Below are positions 25,901 to 36,887 of a stretch of 64,000 nt of DNA, piece after piece. The position numbers and the translations under genes are program-made. Numbering within the stretch: position 1 is the first letter of the stretch; each line of letters begins with the position of its first letter. Source of the DNA: Ascidiella aspersa (lineage: Eukaryota); assembly GCA_963924565.1 (NCBI GenBank), contig OZ004609.1, forward strand, positions 24,676,001-24,740,000, written 5' to 3'. The notes beneath the pieces were generated by a model. The model had not been told where the DNA came from. It made no database searches and saw nothing but the letters and a program-made list of their open reading frames with translations.

Positions 25901-28900
25901 CTCAAATGCTTCAATTTTCTCGTTTTGAATGAACATAAATATAATTTTCTTGTTTTATACATACAGTGCAGAAATTTTGCAAACTTAAGCAAACCTTCCG
26001 GAAATAATTGGCACAACTTTCAAACATCATTTAGGACGCTATCTTTTCGCGACACCGAAAAAGCACAAATTCTAGTTCAAGTACCTATACATGAAGTGGC
26101 TGGATTGAAGTCGCTCCCACTTGTAAACGGAGCCATTGCTCGCTCCACTGAACAAAAGCATCGGCACCTTACGAGCTGCAATACACAATGTTGGGTTAGA
26201 ACTGAGTAAGCCGAGAATAGAAATATACGTTTTTTTTATGTTTTTTGCTATGTTTCTGCGTTATGATTTTGAATAAATCTTACAAAATGTTGATGTTTAG
26301 CAAAAGGAGGAGAAAGCTAAAAATCGTTCGTTTACAAGTTCTTGCTGTCTGACCCGTTGTAACCACTTGGTAAAACAGCGCAGAAAGGTATACTATTTGA
26401 GCGCAGCGGCCGGCTAAGGGCAGTTTGTAAATCTTATTGCAGGATCGGGTTAAAAAACAAGATATATAGTATTTAAGACTAGCCTGTCTGCTAATGTTTC
26501 GGCCAAAATAAAAATTAAATCTAGAGTCGACCACCAGCTGTCGTATTTGTTAGGTAAACTTAAAACAAATCATGCAGCCCCGAAAATCCCTTGCACCCCA
26601 CTCACTGTAAGAAATGCTTTCGACGTGGTGCTTGCACTTTAGCGCAGTGAGACAACCCGAGCTATTGAACTTCCACACAAGCAGGTGTCTTCGGTTTGTG
26701 GTGCCTAAAACAGGAAGCTTTTAGTAACAAGCCACCACGATAGACCGCGCTCACCAAAAGCAGAATGAGAAACAGACGATTCCCGTCGAAAAAACAAATG
26801 ACGGTAGCTTGACAAAACCTTGCATATGCGAGGCTGGTCTGTTGGGCTCTGAGCTAAGGCACTGGCAGTTCCTCTATGTTAGAACACTACATATTTATAC
26901 TACGAGCGTACAGCAAACCATTGGCTGTTATATAGTGTTTATTTGGCTGTAATTTCAAAAATGTTAAGAGTATTACTAATAAAAAAACCCTGCTAGCTGC
27001 CTAACCAAACAGGCGCCGGCACAATTTGTCATTAACCGTTTTTTTGTTTTTTTTATATATGTATTTTAGCTATGTTTTCATTAGCCTTCAAATTTCGCAT
27101 AGCCTTGTCGGTAATATAGTAAAGTTAATGGAACATAAAAAAAAAACAGTTAACAATGTCTTGTAAAAGACCAACAAATTTCTACAAAAATCGGTTAAAA
27201 TTTATCGTGAAGAGCGATGACTCACCAACGATTTGCCCAGACTCGGGACTGTACCTCAGCTTAAGCAACCTTTGCGTAACTTCGCCGTCTGACTCTGATT
27301 GAAAGGTGGGAAGAAACTCTGTGACCTAGCAGCAAAATGCACAAACAACCAATATTGAAAGCTTGTAATTGCTAACCCGGGAAAATCCGCAACTCCTTTA
27401 ATAATTTAAATTTTATTGTTCCCATGAGTATGGATAATTAGGATGACCGACTCTGGTTAGCCTTCCAGAAGGCTCTGCTATGTTTGCATCAAATATTGAA
27501 AAAAACACTTAACATCGGTTGGTATTACCTTTATCTTAGCACGGACTGGCTGGTTGTACTCTTTAAAGTAGTGGTTCTCGGACTGTGCTACGTGAAGGCT
27601 TTATTTATTCAAAGTAAAACTAAATTGAGCGAAAATGTTTTTTAAACAGTGTTACGCACTACGCAGTGACGGTAAAACGCCATAAGTTATAAAAGCTAGA
27701 GCAGCCACAACGTTTTTAAACGTTTAGCCCAGGGGTTCTTAAACTGGGGTCCATGGATCCCTTGGGGTCTGTGAACTAATCTTCCACTAAGGACAAATTG
27801 AAATGTTGGTAAGGACAAATTGAAAATGTTTGTGCATTTATGAAAGTAATCAATTTTTCAAAGAAGAGAGTTTAATTATAAAAAAAACGTTTCAGCAATG
27901 AATGTATTTAAGATCTAGTTTACTTAAATTATCAGCATATTTCTGAAAGTCTATTTGCATTGTCACACAAATTTGTGAAGTTTATTTGACTGTGTCGACA
28001 ACTTATGAAGCCATTTCAAAAAATTTAGTGCCTGTACCATGGACCACGCGAAGCAAAAAAAATTAGGGGTCGGCAGTGAAAAAGTTTAGGAAGCCCTGTT
28101 TTAGCCGGTTAACTGAAAAAGCGCAAAGGTCTAAGAACGCAAAATAACGATAAAAAAAATTTCTAAAAACGCAAATGTCCAGCACCAAACGATGATCGTC
28201 CTGCAATATACTAACGTTTTCCCCGGCCTTGGGGTCAAAGAGTGTAGCGTACTGGGCCCCAGAAGCGATCCACACCACCTTGGCTCTCGGGATGTAGCAG
28301 AGGCTTGTGATCGTGTTGAGGAATATGGTTTCCAGTTGGTGACGTAACTGGCCGTCCTGCGACCAAATCTTGACCGTGCGGTCAAACGAACCCGTAAGCA
28401 ACCTATGCGACAGACAAACCACAAATCGTTGCTTTACCTCGGGTAGTTCTGGAGGTTAAACCGCCTGTAAATCGAACTATGAGACCTATTGAGGTTGTAT
28501 TTGCTGATTACTGGCCTATAGACTGTTAAGCTAGTATGTGCCCTACAGACTTAAGCACAATTAATGATTTCGAAAAACAAACAAAAGGCGAACAATACAC
28601 ACAGCATACCTTACATATTCGAGTTTCAGAAAAAGCAAATAGCAGTTTTCAAGTTATCAACCATAAATAATATGGTAAAGTTCGGTTAGTTTTATAAATC
28701 ACCAAAAAACAGGCATAGCTTCATTCAATCAAACATTCTTTAACTTTATTTACCTAAAAAATTGAGGGTCCTTTAACTGATACATTTCAAGGTCATATAT
28801 ATTACTATATTCTTTTTAAATTATTTTAAATCTTATTAAATATTAGCCTTATTGTCTTATTAGCATGCTAAGAAGAGCTATTCAATTACCATGTGTTGTT

Positions 28901-31900
28901 GCCTTATTGTCTTATCAGCATGCTAAGAAGAGCTATTCAATTACCATGTGTTGTTTTCATTGTCCTTGACAAGTATCATGCAGGTTATGCCAGCTTCGTG
29001 AGCATTCTTGTTGCAATAAACCAAATCAAGCCCCTTGGTGCCAGGATACAAAGTGGTATCGTAAATGCAGAACTTCCCGTCAAAACTAAAAAAAAATGTT
29101 ACAATGTTAACCAAAAATTTGCAATAAAAATAACTAAGGTAAATATTTATCTACTAATCATAAATCAAAATTCCTTTAGCATGTCAGTTAATTTTTGTGT
29201 AATGACAAGAATATCTAGTTTAGTTTGAAAAAAAAAATATTAGAAAACTGTATTTCCTGTGCATTTTTTAAGATAGGTTTTTACTAATGAATAGTTATTC
29301 ATATATCTTCTTTGCTTTCCTTTGATGGAGTCGAACCAAAACTGAACAGAGTTTTTGATAGAGTTGAACCAAAACTGAAGTTTTAAACGAACCTGAAGCT
29401 GACAATTTAACGAAGTTCACTCCAAAATTGTGCAACAGCTTATTTTTTAAAGATTCAAGTTGTACCATGACCCATTTAACCATTAAGTGCTTATTAAAGA
29501 TAATTTTAATAAGGGTGTGGTTTAATTTTGCATACCTCAGGTAACTAAAATAAAGTGATTTATATATCTTTTCTATTTAATACTTTATGAAAGCTTAGTT
29601 TAAATACAACCTACAATATATACTTAAATTATAATTATTTAAGACAATTATAGTTGCACAGATTCAGGTTATTCAAGTTACTTTTATTAAACTTGAACTT
29701 TATAAACCAGTTTTAAAAAATAATAGTCAAATTGGATCATTTAATTGCCTCGAACCGAAAGCGTAAATAAACAAGGTTCTTACAAAAAAATTTAATCCAA
29801 ACCATACGGGAACCTAAAAAGTTAAACGGTTGGGCTCAATGTTTAAAACACATTTTTATATCTAAATAACCAGTGTTGTAATGACTTAAGTGCACTTAAG
29901 CCACTGTTTTAAAATGACTTGACTTAAGTCTTCTGACCAGAATGACTTGACTTAAGTCTTTTGGACAAATTACTTGACTTGGACTTGAGTCATTCTGCCA
30001 AACATCTTGGGATTAAAATAAGTGTTTTTTATTAAAATGTATCGCAAGAAATGTATTGCACACTAAACAATTTATTGCTGCATAATTCCTTTGTGTAAAT
30101 TTTTAGTTAAATTGTTGCTCATTATCGGACGAGTTTACCGATTTTAATGGTTTAACAGTTTACTTTTATGACAATAACATGACTTGAAATTGACTTGCTC
30201 TCATAATGACTTGACTGGGACTTGACTTGGGCAACCGATGAATTGGACTGGGACTTGACTTGTTATTTTTGCGAAAAACTTGACTTGTACTTGAGTTATT
30301 TTTCAAATGACTTGACTTGGACTTAAGTCATTTCAAAATGACTTGTTTACAAAACTGTAAATAATATTTTTTAACTTCAAAATGCAATTTCTAAAATAAT
30401 AATATTTTTCTGTTTATTAATGTTAAAAGAAAAGTTAATGTTAAAAGTAAATTGCTCTAATTATTGTGAAGCATAAGAGCTGAGTAAGGTTAGAGATTTA
30501 TGAGCTTAGGTATTTAGGTGAATATTTTATATTCTAATGTGTAACAGATAAACAAGCCACTGCAAATTAAGCTAAATAGATTGGATGTTTATTGTACATA
30601 TATAGCATTCCACAAATTCAGTATATACATTAATAAACCAATGTTCAAAGTTACCCTGCAGTGTAGACTCTTGATTCATGGCAAATTATGCAGGGAACAA
30701 TATCCTTGTGGTGCTGGGCAACAAACGGCTTCCTTCTATCAATAAGATTGCCTGATTTGCGTTGTGGGTCAAGAGTGAAAAGTCTAACAGCACCATTTAA
30801 ACCACATATCACTTGCCGCCTTCTTAGGTTTATGCACATTGCGTAAATTGGAAAACCAATCTGTAAAACATGTATATGTTATAGCAAATTAGAGACATTC
30901 TATAAAAGTATGATATGTTAGGATCCTTGAAAATATACCACAGAGAAATCTAACCTTTATCCTGTCCACAACATTCCCTCCACTTCCCCATGCAATAATC
31001 ATGCCATCATTAGCGCAGGAAAGCAGGATTTTCTGTTCAGTCCAGAACTGGAAGTCTGTTAGCCAACCTCCATGTTCACAACTTGTCAACATCAGTTTGC
31101 CTGTATCCTGCTCCCACCATTTCATAACACCGTCTGTAACAGGTAAACAATGGGAAATGAATATTAAAAAGACAGTTGTGTGTTTTAAAACTAAAACTTT
31201 CATTACATTCCTGCCTATTATGATTTTAAACAGCAGTTTATCAAACAATAATTTTATGTTTTGATGGATTGATCAACTGCTTAGTGTTTGATCACGTTAT
31301 ATGTTTAAAAAATGTTCTTATTTTTCAATGCTCTTTACCTAATGATGCCTTGAAATACCATTTTCACTCTGATTGATATATTACGTTCCAAAGTAATGTT
31401 CTAATATTTTATTTATTTTTAATAGCAGACAGATTGCTTGTTCAAAAGATTATTCTGACTCTCATTTCTATTTATAATTTGTGTTGTTTGTTGATGCTTG
31501 TTTTACTTTTTAATATTATACTTTCTATTGGTTGTTTTTGCATTGTGTTTGTTTGTTATTTCCCTGTTACCCAAATGCCTAAATTTGTTTTGGCACAGGT
31601 GACTTGAAGGTCTTTCTAGGCACCTTGCTGGTCTGGCCATTAGAGGTGTATAGTTTAGTTTTACATTTCAAATTTTGTTTATTTGTGATTATCATTGGGC
31701 ATGGCAAACACACTTACTTACTTACTTACAACATTCCTTTATGAAAAAAAAAACATTTTTTCCCGTCTTATGGACAAATAGGACTTTTGGTAGTAATAAT
31801 TTAAGTAGGGTGAAAATCTCTGGAATTTTAAGAAAACTAAAAAATAGCTACGGTAGCGTAGCATTTCTTAAAACAAATAGGATTCTTTATCTCACCTTCA

Positions 31901-31998
31901 AATCCGACAACAATTTCCCTTCGTACTGGGTGAAATCCAATCGCAGTGATAGCCTTTGTGTGGGTTTCACTTATCATGAACTGCTTTTCCATAGCCAT
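8948..31998 (-). CDS. Multi-WD40-repeat protein, 17 coding exons, 818 aa
   Basis: Minus-strand exons 31998-31896, 31133-30955, 30860-30655, 29085-28945, 28402-28216, 27325-27226, 26704-26606, 26175-26085, 25351-25178, 15692-15531, 14155-13996, 13478-13323, 12252-12074, 11551-11368, 10703-10591, 10189-10096, 9076-8948 total 2457 nt, all phase-compatible. WD motifs: LLTGSFDRTVKIWS, ITSGWDRRILIW, GHELEITAVRW...VTGSEDGTIRIW, YVSGSWDKTIRIWN. Confidence 0.9.
11103..11375. repeat. About 102-bp tandem triplication that includes the exon 14 donor
   Basis: GTAAAAG...TCAAACGTT...AATTGCATTGGC...CATCAAA...ACCCAAA recurs three times. Confidence 0.85.
12374..12802. mobile_element. hAT-type MITE
   Basis: TIR CAGCGGTTCCCAAAC/GTTTGGGAACCGCTG; perfect TSD GTTTGGCC. 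Confidence 0.9.
13882..13975. repeat. (CA)n microsatellite
   Basis: Interrupted CA run next to the exon 11 donor. Confidence 0.95.
14495..14807. mobile_element. hAT-type MITE (partial relative at about 5230-5480)
   Basis: TIR CAGTGGTTCTCAACC/GGTTAAGAACCACTG; perfect TSD ATTTAAGA. Confidence 0.9.
21590..21830 (+). promoter_or_regulatory. Candidate distal Pol II promoter (CCAAT x3, TATA, Inr)
   Basis: CCAAT at 21598 and 21641, ATTGG at 21735, TATAA at 21786-21790 and Inr-like TCAGTT at 21817, about 30 nt downstream of the TATA. Confidence 0.5.
22370..22530 (+). promoter_or_regulatory. Candidate proximal Pol II promoter of the hairpin cluster
   Basis: Perfect CRE TGACGTCA at 22376-22383 and TATATAA at 22494-22500 in CpG-rich sequence, about 440 nt upstream of hairpin 1. 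Confidence 0.5.
22937..23017 (+). ncRNA. pre-miRNA hairpin 1 (5p ~UGAAACUUCUGCGGAACAGGCC)
   Basis: ATGAAACTTCTGCGGAACAGGCCGGC pairs with GCCGACCTGTTTTCAGAGTTTTAT. Confidence 0.85.
23095..23187 (+). ncRNA. pre-miRNA hairpin 2 (5p ~AGGAACUUUCCCAAGGAACAGG)
   Basis: GGAA/TTCC, TCCCAA/TTGGGA and ACAGGCT/AGCCTGT pair; basal stem CCGAGCA/TGCTTGG. Confidence 0.8.
23369..23443 (+). ncRNA. pre-miRNA hairpin 3 (5p ~AUGAACUUUCCCAGGAAUAAGU)
   Basis: GAACTTTC/GAAGGTTC and GGAATAAGTCT/AGACTTGTCC pair around a short loop. Confidence 0.8.
23524..23607 (+). ncRNA. pre-miRNA hairpin 4 (5p ~UGGAACAUUUUUGGAACGGGCU)
   Basis: GGAACATTT/AAAGTGTCC, GGAA/TTCC and GGGCTG/CAGTCC pair; basal stem TTGTTCATG/TATGACCAA. 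Confidence 0.8.
23690..23759 (+). ncRNA. pre-miRNA hairpin 5 (5p ~CUGAACUUUACCACGAAAUGGU)
   Basis: GAACT/AGTTC, CCACG/CGTGG and ATGGTC/GACCAT pair; basal stem GCGG/CCGC. Confidence 0.75.
23819..23889 (+). ncRNA. pre-miRNA hairpin 6 (5p ~UUGAACUUUCUAAGGAAUAGGU)
   Basis: GACGGCGTTGAACTTTCTAAGGAATAGGTTTC pairs with GAAACCTGTACTTGGCAAGTCAATACTGTC around a 9-nt loop. Confidence 0.85.
23961..24047 (+). ncRNA. pre-miRNA hairpin 7 (5p ~UGAAACUUCAUCGGAACAGGCC)
   Basis: AAACTTCA/TGAAGTTT, GGAACAG/CTGTTTC and CGGGG/CCCCG pair; basal pairs TGAC/GTCA and CCGC/GCGG. Confidence 0.85.
24089..24158 (+). ncRNA. pre-miRNA hairpin 8 (5p ~AGGAACUUCCCUAGGAACAGGC)
   Basis: GGAACTTCC/GGAGCTCC, TAG/CTA and ACAGGCT/AGCCTGT pair; basal stem CGGTG/CGCTG. 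Confidence 0.8.
24217..24323 (+). ncRNA. pre-miRNA hairpin 9 (5p ~UGGAACAUUCAUUGGAACGGGC), long structured loop
   Basis: GGAAC/GTTCC, GGAACGG/CCGTTCT and CTGG/CCAG pair; the loop contains a GGTGTTA/TAACACC sub-hairpin. Confidence 0.75.
27730..28098. mobile_element. hAT-type MITE
   Basis: Imperfect TIR CAGGGGTTCTTAAAC/GTTTAGGAAGCCCTG; TSD GTTTAGCC/TTTTAGCC. Confidence 0.8.
28846..28955. repeat. 55-bp tandem duplication spanning the exon 4 donor
   Basis: 28846-28900 and 28901-28955 differ at one base. Confidence 0.95.
29871..30357. mobile_element. hAT-type MITE with GACTTGACTT subrepeats
   Basis: TIR CAGTGTTGTAA/TTACAAAACTG; TSD TAAATAAC/TAAATAAT. Confidence 0.8.
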
Positions 31999-32079
31999 CT
32001 TGGCTCTTAAAGGTTAGCAATAAAGTAAATCTTAAATTATATAACAGGCTATCCTGACACGTACTGCATGGGCAAAATC

Positions 32080-32175
32080 GAGCAGCAACAACAACATTAA
32101 ACAAAACGCAACTTCGCTGGATCGTATGGCTTCGGTTGTTGCGATGGTAGTGTGAGATTCGTTGTAGCGAAAACA
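32080..32175. promoter_or_regulatory. Likely WD40 gene promoter with a degenerate RFX X-box-like motif
   Basis: GTTGCGATGGTAGT at 32138-32151 (three mismatches to GTTRCCATGGYAAC) and a GCAAC half-site, just upstream of the ATG exon. Confidence 0.3.
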
Positions 32176-32367
32176 GACATCCTGAACAGCGTAGCCTACA
32201 TGAACATGATAAAATAAACGTCAGGTCCTGGGACAAAAATGATTACCTTACTTCACAAATGTGGTTATTCAGTTAACATTGTCTTGCATACGAAAGGCGT
32301 AGGCCGATGGAAATGCAACTGTTTATTGTCACAAAACATATTTGTAGATGGCGATATAGGCCTAATA

Positions 32368-32697
32368 CACGGGTTCTTAACCGGTGAGCCACAGGAGCAT
32401 TTTAAATTGGGCCACAGAGTATTTGGAAATTATAAAGTGTAAAAATTTTAGTTTTATTTGTTTAATTCTTTAGTTCATTTTACAGTACATTCTCAAGCTC
32501 CGCATTAACATGCAGTGGCGTTATGTGAGGATTATATATAAAATGTTCTTCTTTTTTTCACATATTGAAGTTATTTTTGATTTCTTACACATTTCAGTTG
32601 ATAATAACCAATTTAAGCACAACTTTTTAAGAAGCGAGCCACGGAATATTTTCAAAACAAAAGTGGGCTACAACCATAAAAAGGTTAAGAATCCCTG
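32368..32697. mobile_element. Degraded hAT-type MITE
   Basis: Ends CACGGGTTCTTAACC and GGTTAAGAATCCCTG; the TSD is only partly conserved (GCCT). Confidence 0.6.
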
Positions 32698-33332
32698 GCC
32701 TCGTTTCCGTTCAGGTAGGCTTCAGTTTTGATGGTTTTCTTACTTCTATTTTTGGTTTGTTAAATATGTTTAACAGTATGTTTTACAGAAGCGTTATATT
32801 ACGATGCGGGTCAGAGGAATACAGAGAAAGTATCGGCAGATTTCCGCTATGGAAATTAGGTTTAAAACGACGGGAAATTACGCTTGGACGACATGGTTTA
32901 AACACGTCTAATGTCTGGGTTTTGTAGAGTTGTTTTAAAATTATTTTAAAAAGAAGAACTTGGGATGGTTGAGCCTACCAAAGCTTTTTTTAGTTTTTAA
33001 TATTGTAATACATTTATATAATAAAGTTTCACCTGAAATATTGCATATGGTTTAATGACGTTGTCAGTAACATTTATAAAACCTTTATCAGAGATGACGT
33101 AACAAAGTTACTTCAAAACGTTAGTCACAAAGTTACATCTATAATGAAGCGTAATTTTTTGCAAAAATAGTACCTACCCGATAATTTGAACCGAAATACC
33201 GCGACCCTATCCGATACCGCAAACGTCAATAGTAGGCTATGCCCTTCCAATCAAAACAGATAATATAAAAACGTTTAAATGTCATTTTCCCCAGATTGTT
33301 AGGTCAAAAAAAAGATAACGAACCTCCAGTTG

Positions 33333-33578
33333 ATGAATACGGGCTGTTGACCCACTTGGCTTGAGGTTGTATATTCGAACAGGATGCCGCATACAATAGT
33401 TCTATGGTCGGTTCTGGCCCTGCTCACCTCTTAACCTGTGTAACTCAGTTGGTAGAGGAAAGGCCCCGGTATGGTGAGAGGTCGTGAGTTCGAACCTTAC
33501 CGCCGGCTTGCATTATGATCCTGAATAGGCTATCTTTATTGACTGATTTCGATAAGCCTTTATGTAGGCGACCGGGGT
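33333..33578 (+). mobile_element. tRNA-derived SINE-like insert or tRNA pseudogene
   Basis: A box TAACTCAGTTGG (about 33441) and B box GAGTTCGAACC (about 33487); the anticodon stem does not pair. Flanked by the 12-bp direct repeat AACCTCCAGTTG at 33321-33332 and 33579-33590. Confidence 0.6.
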
Positions 33579-34995
33579 AACCTCCAGTTGTATTTTATCG
33601 TTTTTACATAAATTCACCTTTTAAGAAAAAATTGCTCTGTTAGACAAATTATGACCGAAATCCCAACATTAGTTTGTTTCGAAGCGATACCGATACTGGT
33701 TTAATATCAGACGAGTATATTGACATTACACTTACATCGGATATCGGCTACGATCCAATTTTATCCGAAAACCCCAATTAAGGTGTGCCAATGTTATATG
33801 TTTGCTCTTTTTTATGTTAGAATGGGGCGAACTGGTTTGTATAAATTTAACAAAGGTAAACTAAGTTGATATAGAAGCAGAATACCAATGTTATACTTTG
33901 TAATTATTATATTTAAATGCTTAACATTATAAAGTGAAATTTTTTTTACCAAATAAAATATTCAACGCTAGACGGCAGTATTGGTCAAGGAATGTCAACC
34001 AATGAAAGCGTCCTTAAATGACACTAATTAATTGTTCTTAGCGCGATTGAGGTTAACCTACAGGTGAAAGAATTTAAAAAGCCTACACAAGTTTAGCCGC
34101 CATAATTTAAAAAAGTAAATTAAAAGATTAGCTGCAAATTTTGGGTTGGTTTTGTTAGCAATGTTAATCAAGACAAAATATATTGAAATATATGTATACA
34201 GAATTTGTAAGCTCAGTGTGTCAAATAAACGCGCGCGTTTAAAACGCACAGTTAGTTAAAAATTCCGCCAGAGTACCTACCACAAAGCGACGTGGATTAG
34301 GCCCATAATCGCATTTGTTCGCTTTTAATTTGCGTATAAAAATAAATATTTGATGAGGTATTCAAACCGCCCTTAGAATGGCCGCCCCTCAACTTCGCGT
34401 TGGTCGCCAGTGCCATTAAGCCTGTAGATATGTTAAGTTGTCGGTGGAAAGAAGGTACAAGGAGAGTGTGGTGTTACACAGAAACGTTCTAGGAAAGCTG
34501 CGGTGGTTCAGTTCCTGCCGCGCTATTTACTTAGGAACTTGTTGGTCTGTCCAAGACCTGGTTAAACACGAGCGAGCGACGGATCTTACACGACACAGCC
34601 ATCAGTTGTAGGGCAGCAATGACGCACTCTCGTCGCTGCCCGGTAATCAAAAGCTCACGGGCCAGATATGCGCGCAAGCCAGTCGTGATGCCAAGTGCAA
34701 ATCAAAAAACATTTTTTTACGGAAGGAGGATGTGCGGATTTGGCGTGTATCAGCAGTGGATGCGAGAGGCGAAAACGCACGGAAGATAAAGCATTATTAA
34801 AGGATTTGCCACACTTTTCGCGAAAGCTCGTCTTTGACCTGTGACCGCCTTGTCTTAAATCTAAAGGGAGTTGCGTGTTGACAACAAATGTTCTAGGTCG
34901 GCGATATTTTGCCACGCAGTGGCGGGAGTGTGAGTGTAATTTTTGGGGTGACAATGGCGTCACATTATCACGATATAAGAACTCGAGAACTAGAT

Positions 34996-35237
34996 CAGTG
35001 TTTCTTAACCACGTAAATGGTTCACCCCTTGGTAAATAAAAATTTTTCAGGGGTGAACCAACCAAAAGGCGTGAATAAGGGTGAACCGTCAGAAATGGAT
35101 GATAGCTTGCGAAACAACCTGAATCATTTTGTGCTGTTATATATGCACGATATAGTTTTATCATATCATAAGACAAGGGTTAATGAAATCTGGAGATAGA
35201 TCATAGGGACAAAACTAAAAAAGTTTAAGAAGCACTG
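34996..35237. mobile_element. hAT-type MITE
   Basis: TIR CAGTGTTTCTTAA/TTAAGAAGCACTG; perfect TSD AACTAGAT. Confidence 0.85.
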
Positions 35238-36887
35238 AACTAGATCATATGACCTGAATATAGATAGACGGAGCTGTAGCCATTTATACTAAAAAAATTC
35301 GGAGCAATAGGCGTGTCAAATTAAGTGGAGTGCTGTCCTCCAAAAAGGTACTCCAATATGTTTTTGTTGTGTTGTTTCTATAAGAAGCTCCTATAAACGT
35401 GTAGACACGGAGATAATCCAGATTAGCTTACGAACGCTACGTTCTCCAACACGACATGTTGCGCTGAAAATCAATTGATCCACAGTTAGCTATGTTTAGT
35501 AAGAAAAAATATAATCTGTTCGGATAATGTTTGTTTTTATAATAAATATTAAACAAGGGCACTAAAAAAAATTGGGTATCTGTACTAGCCAAGCGTCGGA
35601 ACTCGAACAGGGCTGTTTTTTGAACAATATGCCATAAGATCTCAACCACCTGAATTGACTTGCAGAGAACAATCGGTGACGTAAGACGTCATTCAACCCG
35701 CACTAAGACGACACTCCATCGGCTAAACCAGCTGTTCCGAGAACAGCCCTCGTTAAATAAGAGGTTTTGTTACAGAGGGCTGTTCTCGGCCAAAGCCGTG
35801 CCAACTTAATCCCTGCCTGAAAGAAATTGTTCGAATTGCAAACTGCAATTAATTCTTAGGTAGGAAAATGTTCAATTTTTTTATTTTGCTCTAGTCCAAC
35901 GACCGAGGCGAGTAGGGTTAAACTAGAAGGAAGTTATTCAAAAATATTTTCTTTAGTTAAGTTTTCGATTGTTAAACAAGTTTGCAATCTTAATAAAGCA
36001 AACATACTTTGTGGTAATCTGCATAAGGTGGGAACATGTAAAGGCATTGTAGACATGGTTATAATACAGAGACGCAACACATCTGCTCGTTTGTATTTAA
36101 GATATAGAAGATGCGCAAGGTGTTCACAGTGGCATAGTCACAATTAAAAGACATCAAAAATTTTTAGCTATAGATCCAAACGCGCTTGGTATATAATACA
36201 TGGAGAATCCCAATGTGTCCTATTTGTTTCTTCACGGTTTTAATTGGAAACTCACGAATGTTTTCACTGCGCGCCTCATAGATTTCGACATAAGTGATCC
36301 ATGCGTAAAATTTCTTCATTTACCTGGGACAGTCGATCACAAGCTTAATTGCCTTTTCGATTATTTTGCCGCCGAGACGAGAGCGCCTGCAGCCGGTACT
36401 TCTAATTAAAACCGTTTTGAATGTAGGCTCTATAGTCGCCTTTTTATAAACTGGCTGTCGACCAATAAAAGTTACTTTTTTAAATAAAATTATTGTCACG
36501 CTATTATAAAATCTCCATAGCGCTGGTACGGCCAACTGATCTGTTAAGTTGCGGCCACGACCCAGAGTCAGCACTCAAGGATTCGCTTCGCAAGGAAAAG
36601 ACAAAGTCGTTAGAGCGTAAGGGTGGAAGATCATTGCTGTAATTCCCGACGGAGTCGAGCTGTGAAGAAAACGGTTCGTCGGATTGGGGCAGTGACGAGA
36701 AAAACGACGCCTTGGACTGTGATAAACTTTCGAAGCCTGTCGAAAGGCTATTTGCTATATAAAAAGAAGGAAAATTAGTATTCAGGTGAAGAGAAAAAAA
36801 AAAAAAGAAATCGCAAGATCCAAGCATAGTACCGTAAGCTGCTGCAACAGTTCGCTGCTTGACCAACAATCAACTGTTTCAATCGGC

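Noticed and set aside
33435-33512. Functional tRNA gene
   Set aside because: The anticodon stem does not pair and the acceptor stem is imperfect, so it is treated as SINE-derived or a pseudogene.
34655-35176. 173-aa minus-strand ORF
   Set aside because: It starts inside a MITE, has no domain-like composition and no splice partners.
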